Source: a virus (Duplodnaviria > Heunggongvirae > Uroviricota > Caudoviricetes). From it: a stretch of 64,000 nt of DNA. The stretch spans positions 57,001 to 121,000 of the IMG/VR virus record IMGVR_UViG_3300028888_001839. One strand, 5' to 3'. The notes under the pieces were generated by a model. It was not told the DNA's origin, made no database searches, and saw only the letters and a list, made by a program, of their open reading frames with translations. The position numbers and the translations under genes were made by a program. The first letter of the stretch is position 1, and every line of letters starts with the position of its first letter. Shown in pieces: positions 10,823 to 19,472 of the stretch.

Positions 10823-11123
10823 AGTGTTCAACGAAGAGATGAATTCCAAGCTTAGAGGGGTACGGCTAGATGGGGAGAAGGTAAAAGAGTTTATGAAAGA
10901 AATTATCAGCAGGGTGAGCATCTGCCATATTTCGGGGAGTAGCAGTGCCCTGGATGATGACACCAAGTTGCTCCTGATAATGCTTCAGATTGTATGGAAC
11001 GAGAAGGAGGAATTGGTGGAGGAGATTGAAAGGCTAAATGGTCTGATAGAATCTAAGGACAAGATAATTGAGAGATTCAGCATGGCATATCCAATGCGGA
11101 ATAAATCAGATTATAATGGGTGA
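10812..11123 (+). CDS. Hypothetical protein
   Basis: 103-aa ORF with SD. Confidence 0.65.
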   Translation: MKIEVFNEEMNSKLRGVRLDGEKVKEFMKEIISRVSICHISGSSSALDDDTKLLLIMLQIVWNEKEELVEEIERLNGLIESKDKIIERFSMAYPMRNKSDYNG

Positions 11124-11269
11124 AAGTGAAGCGCAACTGGACATATCTCAAGTGCGAGGACTGCCGCAAGCATGGAAGATGCAAGCGGGAGCGAACCGCA
11201 TTTAGGTGGTTTCATGTCAAAGGTTGCATGGTAGAAGTCAAGGAAGAAAAGAAGTAGGAGGATTCTGAT

Positions 11270-11806
11270 ATGGGCTTGGATCAGACGCTATTCCGCACAA
11301 CAAAGAAATGTAAGGAAGCCAAAATCGCATGGCAGAAGTTGGAGCTAGAATACCTTGCGAAAGTGAAGGAACTTGATGCCACTGAAAAATGGAAGACTCT
11401 ATTTGAGACTCTTCCTAGAAACCAATATGGTTATCTTGACCAAAAGAAGATAACTCCAGAGCAGAGGAAGCAGATTGGTGTCTATCGGCGGACTCTCCGT
11501 AAGATTGCAAAAGAAGTTGGAATTGAACTAAACAAGAATTATCGCCCATGGTTTAACCCTTCCTCCTATGGGCTTAAAGAAGAAGAACTAGATGAGCCAA
11601 TTGCAGACTGGAGAAAGGATTGGCCGCTTCACAAATTTATAGTTGACAACTTCTTGGAAGACAATGAGAATGACAACCTTGTTCCTATTTATCTCACGAA
11701 AGAGAATTGTGAGAAGATAGTAGCAGCAGGGTTTATAGGGGGATTCCAAGAGGCACTTGACAGATGGGACGAAGAGCATGAGGTTTTTTACTGGCCATGG
11801 TATTGA
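11270..11806 (+). CDS. Conserved phage hypothetical protein (MGLD...WRK...H type)
   Basis: AGGAGG SD; MGLDQ N-terminus, WRKxxxLH motif, FYWPWY end. Confidence 0.7.
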   Translation: MGLDQTLFRTTKKCKEAKIAWQKLELEYLAKVKELDATEKWKTLFETLPRNQYGYLDQKKITPEQRKQIGVYRRTLRKIAKEVGIELNKNYRPWFNPSSYGLKEEELDEPIADWRKDWPLHKFIVDNFLEDNENDNLVPIYLTKENCEKIVAAGFIGGFQEALDRWDEEHEVFYWPWY

Positions 11807-12012
11807 GGAGGTGGTTAGATGAGCGAAGAAGATGTATTGGATTCCTTTTGGGAACGGATGGCTAAGAAGGACAATCTTGACGAATGGAGGATGCGGCTTT
11901 GCGGGATGGGCAAGGAAGCGGATGCCGAAAAGCAGAAGCGGATTGCTGCATATCGCATGGAGGCTAGGGGGGACCTCTGTCACGAAGACTAGAAAGAGAG
12001 AGAGTTAGAATC

Positions 12013-12243
12013 ATGGACGAATCTAAGAAAGAAGAAGAGTACCCCATGTATGGTGACTGCAACACGTGCGAGCACCAGAACGAGGTATGCGTTAACTGCA
12101 TGAGCCAGAATACGGCTGGCGAATGGGTGCACAATCTCTATTCACCGAAGCCCGGAGTGTATCGTATGCCGGGGCAACGGACAATAACATTTGATAGTAA
12201 GAAGACGGGCGGCATTTGTCTCGGCAGGTATATCGTTTCGTGA
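12013..12243 (+). CDS. Small Cys-containing hypothetical protein
   Basis: CNTC and CVNC motifs. Confidence 0.55.
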   Translation: MDESKKEEEYPMYGDCNTCEHQNEVCVNCMSQNTAGEWVHNLYSPKPGVYRMPGQRTITFDSKKTGGICLGRYIVS

Positions 12244-12248
12244 GGTGA

Positions 12249-12632
12249 GTGATGCCAAAATCAATTACACCTCCTCCTAACTCCGAAGAGACACCTGCCG
12301 ACATCTTGAAAGAGATTCGGGAAGTCGAGTCCCCTAGACTCAATTCTAATGGGGGATGGGGATGCATCTGTGCCTATCCTACCCGCCTGCTCCAATATTG
12401 TGATAGACTGGAGGCTGCTATTGCAAGGGAGAAGCGGGGCGCAAAGCTTCGCCGCTTTGACTTCGGACATTCTGTAGAGGATGTGCTGCGGATTGGAAGA
12501 GACTTCCAAAATACCGATAGACTACATGGGGCACATTACGACACCGTGAAGTTACTGTGCGACACCATAGAGGACTTGAATGAGCAACTTTTAGACCAAA
12601 AGAATCTACACCCCCTTGAAAGCCACCCATAG
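12249..12632 (+). CDS. Hypothetical protein
   Basis: GAGGT SD; 127 aa. Confidence 0.6.
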   Translation: MMPKSITPPPNSEETPADILKEIREVESPRLNSNGGWGCICAYPTRLLQYCDRLEAAIAREKRGAKLRRFDFGHSVEDVLRIGRDFQNTDRLHGAHYDTVKLLCDTIEDLNEQLLDQKNLHPLESHP

Positions 12633-12645
12633 GGTGTGGTACAAT
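12616..12645 (+). promoter_or_regulatory. Sigma70-type promoter with palindrome in spacer
   Basis: TTGAAA-18-TACAAT; CACCC-N3-GGGTG in spacer. Confidence 0.75.
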
Positions 12646-12684
12646 ATCTTCCGTCAACGGCAACAAAGACAAGGACAACGAACG

Positions 12685-13152
12685 ATGGAAAAACTCGAAG
12701 ACATAACCAAATCAATGCGCCAGTGGGTAGAGCGCATCGGCCCGATACCTAGTCATGAGATTGTGGCAAAGGTGTTTGACTGGGCTAGGCGGATTGAGGC
12801 TTGCAAGAATGAGGTCAATCCATGCAAGGATGCGGTAGCGCTTCGGCATTCTCTTTCCACGATTGAAGAGAATATCAATCTCATTCAGAATAGTTCCCAA
12901 TACAAGAACTGGAAGACTGTGGTTCTTCAGGAGTGCAAGCTCATCAAGTCAATCATTGAGATTGCGCTGGAGATGCCTAGCCGCAATGTAAACAGAGCGG
13001 AGTGCGATTCTCTCGATCATGCCGCTCAGGTGTTTGCCAGAGAGACGGGGAACGAAATGCCAGAGAATCCCACGGATGCTAACATGATGCTTTGGATGAA
13101 CTCTTTGTGCAAGTGGCTCTTTGAAGAGTACAAAGGAGGAGGGAGCAAATGA
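12685..13152 (+). CDS. Hypothetical protein (PxRN paralog family)
   Basis: ATG after AAGGAC leader; PSRNVN...KWLFEEY. Confidence 0.7.
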   Translation: MEKLEDITKSMRQWVERIGPIPSHEIVAKVFDWARRIEACKNEVNPCKDAVALRHSLSTIEENINLIQNSSQYKNWKTVVLQECKLIKSIIEIALEMPSRNVNRAECDSLDHAAQVFARETGNEMPENPTDANMMLWMNSLCKWLFEEYKGGGSK

Positions 13153-13321
13153 AGAAGGTGGGACTAGTTACTTTTCGGATGGATAGGTACGGGAAGGTTG
13201 TAAACCCGAACTTCCCATATTGTACTTACACTGAGGATGAAGCAAAGAAGATTTTCAAGAGGCGGAAAGCCAACAAGGTTGCGCGGAAGCAGCGGAAAAT
13301 CAATCGTAAGAGGAACAAGCG

Positions 13322-13789
13322 ATGACATACTCTGAATACAAGGAATTGGTGAAGGAGTACAATTCAACGGACTCCGTCTCAAGGCGAGAGAAAATCAAGG
13401 AGGAAGTGTACAAGACTAGCGTTGCATTGGCAAAGCAACTAGAGGAAATGTATAATAGGTTCGGCGCAACATTTATCGACGACGATGAGTACCGCTCCGA
13501 TCGTGGGGGTTTTAGCCTTGTAGAATTTAGTGGGGCAAATGTACATCTTAGGTATTCCGACCACTGGCAGTATGGCGGGGAGTGCTGTTTCGGAATAACC
13601 GTTCCGATGAAGATGCTAGACGTTGCGAACAGGATTTCAGAGAGGAATCGTCTCCGCGGCAAATACATTGTACAACTAAAAGAAGAGCATGATAGAAACA
13701 ATCGTCAAATTGAGCATCTAAAAGAGGAGAACAAAAATCTCCTCGATAGAATTGCACAGTTGGAAAAGGAAAGGGATGATGAGAAATGA
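13322..13789 (+). CDS. Hypothetical protein, C-terminal coiled coil
   Basis: 155-aa coupled ORF. Confidence 0.7.
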   Translation: MTYSEYKELVKEYNSTDSVSRREKIKEEVYKTSVALAKQLEEMYNRFGATFIDDDEYRSDRGGFSLVEFSGANVHLRYSDHWQYGGECCFGITVPMKMLDVANRISERNRLRGKYIVQLKEEHDRNNRQIEHLKEENKNLLDRIAQLEKERDDEK

Positions 13790-13971
13790 AACTCATTGAT
13801 ATGCTAGATGCCTCATTGCCTCCTTACGGAATCGCCGCAACTGGGATAGGAATTGGGGTTAATGCGAAGGACGGAAACGGATGGACGGTTGCATTGTATT
13901 CTTTGCTTTGCATCTTTTGCATCTGCATAACGATGACTAGGATTCTTGAGAAGGGCAAAAAAAATGACTAA
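13786..13971 (+). CDS. Small membrane protein
   Basis: Two hydrophobic segments. Confidence 0.55.
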   Translation: MKLIDMLDASLPPYGIAATGIGIGVNAKDGNGWTVALYSLLCIFCICITMTRILEKGKKND

Positions 13972-14452
13972 GCGAGAAGCATTGCTAAAGATTCATGAGC
14001 AGTTGGAGGATTTCGTTGCGCACAAGATTGAGGGGACGTCACTTTGTCTGCGCATAAAAAACATTATCAATAAAGAGTTGAAACCGAGTTTTCTTGAATC
14101 TAGCATTTGCCGTCAGACAGGAATACTGTCTCCTAGAACCGCACTTGAATGGATTCTTGATGTAGTAATGGGACTAAGGGAGCGCAATCCTGATGTATTA
14201 GACTGCGTGAAGACTACGATAGACCTCATTGAGAGGTATGCGCGGGACGGTCTCAAGTTTCCAGAGAGAAATTGCGACATCTATACAACATCGGAAGAGG
14301 CCGATCGGGCTATAACAGAGTATTGCTCCAAGATGGCGGAGACGGATGAATGCGTGAAGTCGTGCCCTTATAGGAAGTCCAAGGGAGGATGTGCTTTCGG
14401 ATGGCTTTTGGCGGCTGCGGGAACGAAAGGAGAAAACGATGGCAGCAAGTAA
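13964..14452 (+). CDS. Hypothetical protein (PxRNCD paralog family)
   Basis: PERNCD...C..CP...CAFGWL. Confidence 0.7.
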   Translation: MTKREALLKIHEQLEDFVAHKIEGTSLCLRIKNIINKELKPSFLESSICRQTGILSPRTALEWILDVVMGLRERNPDVLDCVKTTIDLIERYARDGLKFPERNCDIYTTSEEADRAITEYCSKMAETDECVKSCPYRKSKGGCAFGWLLAAAGTKGENDGSK

Positions 14453-14987
14453 CACAAAAGCGATGCATGAGGCGCTGGAGGCTATAAAGTGCATCAATAC
14501 TGAAGGACTGAAACGCCTCTTGGTTGAATTGGTAGAGGCCGACATCTTTGACGGCGGACTAATCAACAAAACCATATCCGCTGTTGAGAAGGCAAGGCGC
14601 GCACTATCCGCTCCCGAGATGGAGACGGAAGCAATTAATGCGGCGGCGATGCATGAGGCATTGGAATTAGTGAATAAGATTTACGACATGTTAAGCAAAC
14701 CATGCATTGTTATTGAAGAAGTACGTCAGGCATGTCAAAAAGCGAGAGCGGTACTTATCTCAACGCCGCCGCGCAACTGCGATGTTGGCACTGCGAAGGA
14801 ACAATGGAAGCGTTTTGACGAGTTCTGTATTTCCTGGGAAGAGAGCGGACCAAACGGCGGGTGTTCTGACGAATGCCCTTGCATGGCAATCAAAAGCAAA
14901 GAATCCGACGGTTGTTTCGGGCAATCTGGATGCTTCTCTATTTGGGCGCAGATGCCATATGAGGAGGAAGGAAGGGCTGAGAAATGA
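14439..14987 (+). CDS. Hypothetical protein (PxRNCD paralog family)
   Basis: AAGGAG SD; duplicated NxxAMHEALE; PPRNCDVGT...CFSIWAQMPY. Confidence 0.7.
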   Translation: MAASNTKAMHEALEAIKCINTEGLKRLLVELVEADIFDGGLINKTISAVEKARRALSAPEMETEAINAAAMHEALELVNKIYDMLSKPCIVIEEVRQACQKARAVLISTPPRNCDVGTAKEQWKRFDEFCISWEESGPNGGCSDECPCMAIKSKESDGCFGQSGCFSIWAQMPYEEEGRAEK

Positions 14988-15295
14988 TGCAGACCGTTTG
15001 GGTATGGTATTGCAAATCTCCGCATGGAGGGTATCTGTTCCACGGCAACCGCAATTCCGGAATGCCGCCATTCCACCTCGGATGCTTAGACAATCTCATC
15101 TATGGGGAGCGACTAGTATGGGAGAGGACGAGAAAGGTACTGGAAATGAACGTCGATGTTCTGTGGTGGAACCAGCAGGTCCCATATTATCGCGTTGAGC
15201 CGAAACTCGTCACAATTGAGATTCGCCCGGCCGACTCTGTGACTAGGAGCAGGCACAAGCAAAAGGAAGGATGTTCTTTTGAAGAATGTAACTGA
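14984..15295 (+). CDS. Hypothetical protein
   Basis: ATGA-coupled ORF. Confidence 0.6.
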   Translation: MMQTVWVWYCKSPHGGYLFHGNRNSGMPPFHLGCLDNLIYGERLVWERTRKVLEMNVDVLWWNQQVPYYRVEPKLVTIEIRPADSVTRSRHKQKEGCSFEECN

Positions 15296-15301
15296 GAGGA
15301 C

Positions 15302-15556
15302 ATGAGCATGAAAAGCAATGTAGAATATCGAGTGGTATTTCACACAACGTTTCGCAATAGAACCTTCTTTTTCTTGGAGAAGCGAACCCGTGGCATACTC
15401 TTCTGGGGCAGATGGCATTATATCGCAGAGAGCGAAGCTGTTACCGAACTCTGCGGTGCGGCAGAAAAACTCATTGCCCTTGACAAGGCTAACGGAATAA
15501 ACTCCGTGTTGCTGACAGACGAAGCCATCTTCCTAAAGGAAAGGAGCAAGCAATGA
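15302..15556 (+). CDS. Hypothetical protein
   Basis: 84-aa ORF with SD. Confidence 0.6.
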   Translation: MSMKSNVEYRVVFHTTFRNRTFFFLEKRTRGILFWGRWHYIAESEAVTELCGAAEKLIALDKANGINSVLLTDEAIFLKERSKQ

Positions 15557-16020
15557 AGAGGACAAAAGAGTACGAAATCCCCAAAGGCCCTGAAACTGTC
15601 GATGACATCATCAAGTGGCTGTTTGCAATCACAAAGGGTCATGAGCGCTACCCGCACGACACGGCGAAACTAGGACGCTTCCCGATTTCATACATGGACA
15701 TCAACACACTCGCCGAGAGGTTGAAGAAAGCCTATTTTAGGGAGCAGAGAAAAGTCCGTAAGGATGCCCGTGAAATGATGAAAGACTTATACTACAAAAA
15801 CAAGAATGTCCTTCGTCATCTTAATGAATTCCTTGAACGCCACATTAAAGACACAAAGGTTGGAGAAGACGGAAGAAACATGAGATTCGCAATGATTTAT
15901 TCAATTGAACTCCAGCATCTAATCCACTGGTATGGATTCTTGAAGGAATACGAGGAACTAGACGAAAAGTTCCCCTGCAAAGCGCACAATGTTGACAAGA
16001 AGGAGAAAAAGGATGCTTGA
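15553..16020 (+). CDS. Hypothetical protein
   Basis: AAGGAG SD, coupled. Confidence 0.7.
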   Translation: MKRTKEYEIPKGPETVDDIIKWLFAITKGHERYPHDTAKLGRFPISYMDINTLAERLKKAYFREQRKVRKDAREMMKDLYYKNKNVLRHLNEFLERHIKDTKVGEDGRNMRFAMIYSIELQHLIHWYGFLKEYEELDEKFPCKAHNVDKKEKKDA

Positions 16021-16210
16021 CAAATCTGAAATCGCACGTGCGATCTTTTCGGCGCATTGTGACCTGAATAAAGTCCACAACAAATTCAACCATGCCTATG
16101 CCGAGGATAGAGAATCGCTCACCGAAGAGGACAATAGGATTTGGCAGTCCGTTGTCAAGGCAGTAGATGCACTTGCTCCCGTACACGACTGGGCGATAGA
16201 CAACATGTAA
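16013..16210 (+). CDS. Hypothetical protein
   Basis: AAGGAG SD. Confidence 0.6.
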   Translation: MLDKSEIARAIFSAHCDLNKVHNKFNHAYAEDRESLTEEDNRIWQSVVKAVDALAPVHDWAIDNM

Positions 16211-16257
16211 CATGAAAAGGTGAAAAGAGCAGGAATCCGAAATGAAGGAAATGCCAA

Positions 16258-16512
16258 ATGAAATTCGAACCGACAAACTACAAGTTCACCTGCGGCTCAT
16301 ACCAGATATGGGCGCTGTTCAAAACCCATACTGCAGCCCCGGTTGCGGGTGCATACAAGCGAGCCATTGATGCGGAAAGAGATGCGGAGGAATTTGCAAA
16401 AGGGCGAAGGTCTTGCGAGTATCGGAGAGACCGCATAGCAAGTTTCATGATTTGCAAGGTTGACATCAACGAGATTGTCCGATTGAAGAATGAGGAGGTT
16501 GAAAAGAAATGA
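16258..16512 (+). CDS. Hypothetical protein
   Basis: 84-aa ORF with SD. Confidence 0.6.
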   Translation: MKFEPTNYKFTCGSYQIWALFKTHTAAPVAGAYKRAIDAERDAEEFAKGRRSCEYRRDRIASFMICKVDINEIVRLKNEEVEKK

Positions 16513-16922
16513 AAGAAGTATAGATTGAGTTTCCCGCATACAACATTTTCCTCCGTCAAGGTGGAGATTGGAAGTTGCATAATGCGCCTATAATTGGAAG
16601 GCCATATAATGAAGTCTATAACATAGCCACGGGTATTCTGTTCTGGAAAAAGACAACCGAAGCTGTTAGGATTTATGGAGTATTCAACTGCCAGCAGACT
16701 TTCATTCAGGAGATGTCCAAGAAGGACTTCCCCAAACCAGAGTCCAATGAGGAGAGGATGCGCACGGCGATTAAGGATGCTATTGCAATCTGCGACAAAG
16801 AAAAAGAGGAGGGTTTCTTTGGAGGGAGTGCTATCCTTACGGTAGAGAAGATGAGGAAAGTCCTTTCGGAGGCAATAGAAACAACTAAGGATGTCTCAGG
16901 GGGAGAGAAGAAGGGAATATGA
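16509..16922 (+). CDS. Hypothetical protein with in-frame TAG at codon 5 (readthrough or pseudogene)
   Basis: GGAGG SD and ATGA coupling at 16509; ATG AAA GAA GTA TAG ATT GAG... continues in frame with ORF 16575-16922. Confidence 0.6.
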
Positions 16923-17359
16923 CAACAAGAGAGAAAGCTATTGTGTCTGCATACTCTGGATATCTGATGTGTGATATGTCAGAGATGCTGAAGTACATGT
17001 CGGAAAAGCTTGGTTGGACAATAAGCGAACAGGAACTGCTGAGCCGACATAGTGACTTCAAGTTCAACGACGAACTTGCCCAGAAAATTCTTCCTGATTT
17101 TCTGATGTTATGCAACACGATGACGACAAGAGAGAAAGCTATTGTGTCTGCATGGACCAAGATTTCGATGGGCAATATGGATGATATGCTTAAATATCTG
17201 TCTGAAAAGTTTGGTAAGACAGTAACAAAATCAGACTTGGATAAATACATGTCCTATGGCGTCTTGCGTCAAAAGTATGATGCAGCCGTTCTTCCAGATT
17301 GGCTTTCGCTGTGTGAAGGAGATGCGAAATCTACTACCAAGGCATCATGGTGGAGGTAA
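16919..17359 (+). CDS. Protein with internally duplicated domain
   Basis: MTTREKAIVSA twice; DNA repeat at 16919 and 17120. Confidence 0.75.
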   Translation: MTTREKAIVSAYSGYLMCDMSEMLKYMSEKLGWTISEQELLSRHSDFKFNDELAQKILPDFLMLCNTMTTREKAIVSAWTKISMGNMDDMLKYLSEKFGKTVTKSDLDKYMSYGVLRQKYDAAVLPDWLSLCEGDAKSTTKASWWR

Positions 17360-17479
17360 AAGCGATTTTTTCGGAGGCTGGTTTCAGGGTGCATCTAAAG
17401 ATGACATTATGGATTGGGTCATTCTGCTACGAAACAACCTTAAGAAAGCAATAGTGCAATTGAAGAAAGAAAACAAGCA

Positions 17480-17920
17480 ATGAGCAAGTGGAAGAAAAGC
17501 GGATTCAGGATTCGGGAACTCTCCGACCTCTTCAAGTCTATGGACGACTTCGGAGGTATCTGGCGTGACGATGTAGGCAAGTTCGCCAATCGCTCTTGGG
17601 TAATGTCGCAGCAAATGAACTACCTCCTAGGGAGAATCAATCGGGGAGCATTCTACTTTCCAGAAGAAGTAAAAGAATTAGCCGAAGAAAAGAAAGCTAC
17701 TCCAAACCATAACGACAGGAGAAACCTTTACTGCTGTATTAGGGTATTCCCATCTGCCATATTCTTTGAGGCATGGGGAAACAAGAAGCAGTGCATGGAC
17801 TTTGCCAAGAATGCGGCTAAACCTCGCCTTGAGGTTTGCAAGGTTGTTCCCGTCGTGGTATGGGACAAGCATGGGAAGAAGAAGGTGAAGAAAAATGGAA
17901 ATGCTAAATCTCGGAGATAA
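17480..17920 (+). CDS. Hypothetical protein
   Basis: 146-aa ORF. Confidence 0.65.
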   Translation: MSKWKKSGFRIRELSDLFKSMDDFGGIWRDDVGKFANRSWVMSQQMNYLLGRINRGAFYFPEEVKELAEEKKATPNHNDRRNLYCCIRVFPSAIFFEAWGNKKQCMDFAKNAAKPRLEVCKVVPVVVWDKHGKKKVKKNGNAKSRR

Positions 17921-17940
17921 AGTTAAGATAGGAAAAACAA

Positions 17941-18912
17941 ATGAGCAGAATTAAGTTAGACCCTTCTCTCGAAAAGTTGTTCTCTGTAAGCGATCACGGT
18001 TTCCGTCTTGAGAACCGTCATTTCTATGCAGTCTACAAAACTAGACTTCTTAAATATGACGGCAGAGAAGTTGGAGAGCGTGGACAAGGAAACATAGTAT
18101 CTTTCACGAGACTCTACCCTGCACGAGATGAAGAATTTGCCATATCGAAAGCACCTCTGTATTTTGACGTGAGCAATCCCACGTTCGGGCGTCTTGACCG
18201 TACCAAGATAGAAGAAGTTAAGCATACCCTTGTTGAAGTCAAGGAGTTTGTTCCGCCAACGTTAAGTGAGGAAAAATTCCGTGTATTCAATAGGCAGGAG
18301 TATTCAAGAAATCATTTCTTCATGAGGGTTAGGATATTCCCGAACAGGGGAGAGCCATTGCCAGAATCTTTTCATGGGTTCGAGCATTGTCTAATAAGGA
18401 GAATCCAACGCCACATCTGGTCTAAACATGCAACAGCCTACCTCTATCACCCTTGGCATGGTGCTGGCGATAACTACACGGAGTGGCATCGCTGCGACAA
18501 AGGCACCGGCAACTATTCAATGCTGGAGCGAGAGTTCAACAAGAGAGAAACTGATGAAGCGAAGAAGTTTGCCGTAACCGAATACACCGACCTTGACGAT
18601 GACGAACAGGAACTAATAAGAAGGCTCAAAAGACTTCAAGTTCTTGACAATCAGCTATGCGAACTATGTAGCGAGGATTATTTTCTGCACAAGGACTTGA
18701 TGCAGGGTAGGTTCTACAAAGAGTTCGGCGACATTGTTTTCTCCCCAGATGAAAACAACTATTTGAGGCGAGCCTTTCTTGGAAGAGATGAGAAAGTGTC
18801 AGAAGCAAGAATCAAGATACAAGACCTTGAATATCGACGGAAAACCATTGACAGAGAAATAGAAAGTTTGAAGAAGTTCATAGAAGAAGAAAAGAAGGAG
18901 ATCGAGAAATGA
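17941..18912 (+). CDS. Hypothetical protein
   Basis: 323-aa ORF, coiled-coil C-terminus. Confidence 0.75.
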   Translation: MSRIKLDPSLEKLFSVSDHGFRLENRHFYAVYKTRLLKYDGREVGERGQGNIVSFTRLYPARDEEFAISKAPLYFDVSNPTFGRLDRTKIEEVKHTLVEVKEFVPPTLSEEKFRVFNRQEYSRNHFFMRVRIFPNRGEPLPESFHGFEHCLIRRIQRHIWSKHATAYLYHPWHGAGDNYTEWHRCDKGTGNYSMLEREFNKRETDEAKKFAVTEYTDLDDDEQELIRRLKRLQVLDNQLCELCSEDYFLHKDLMQGRFYKEFGDIVFSPDENNYLRRAFLGRDEKVSEARIKIQDLEYRRKTIDREIESLKKFIEEEKKEIEK

Positions 18913-19076
18913 CAAAGACACCACACACGCTATACAAGCAATGTCCATTCTGCGGCAAGCCGTTCAAGACCAAAGCCCCCGGCAAGAAGTTCTGCGACAA
19001 GTGCGTCAAGAACGGATTCCACTGGGTCTATGAGGTGACGGGAAGAACCAACGGCTGGGACAAGAAGGTAGCCTAG
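18909..19076 (+). CDS. Small zinc-ribbon protein
   Basis: MTKTPHTLYKQCPFCGKPF...FCDKC...KKVA*; below ORF-track cutoff. Confidence 0.6.
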   Translation: MTKTPHTLYKQCPFCGKPFKTKAPGKKFCDKCVKNGFHWVYEVTGRTNGWDKKVA

Positions 19077-19090
19077 AAGGAGATTCTGGA

Positions 19091-19447
19091 ATGGAACCAT
19101 GGAAGCCAACTCCTGCAGCACTAGCCCTGCTCAAAAAACTCGAAGACCGCAAGGAAGCGGAAAAGGGAATAGCCGTAGCCAGACGGATGACAGAGGAGAA
19201 GCAGAGGAAGGAACGGCTGGCGGATGAGAACGAACGGAAGTACGGAGAGCAGTTGACGTATGCCGATAGGATGATTCAGTCCCGAGACGATGCGACTAGA
19301 AACAGATACACAAGCATCGAGGACATGGCTGGCAACAACGGCGGATGCACGACTCGCAAGGGTACTTGGAGGCGGCTTAAGTTCGGCAAGGGGAACATTG
19401 GCAAGAAAGGATTTGAAAAACTTGGATTCAAAGAGAACGGGGTCTGA
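19091..19447 (+). CDS. Hypothetical protein
   Basis: AAGGAG SD. Confidence 0.65.
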   Translation: MEPWKPTPAALALLKKLEDRKEAEKGIAVARRMTEEKQRKERLADENERKYGEQLTYADRMIQSRDDATRNRYTSIEDMAGNNGGCTTRKGTWRRLKFGKGNIGKKGFEKLGFKENGV

Positions 19448-19472
19448 ACCTCTATAAGAAGGTACAAAAACA

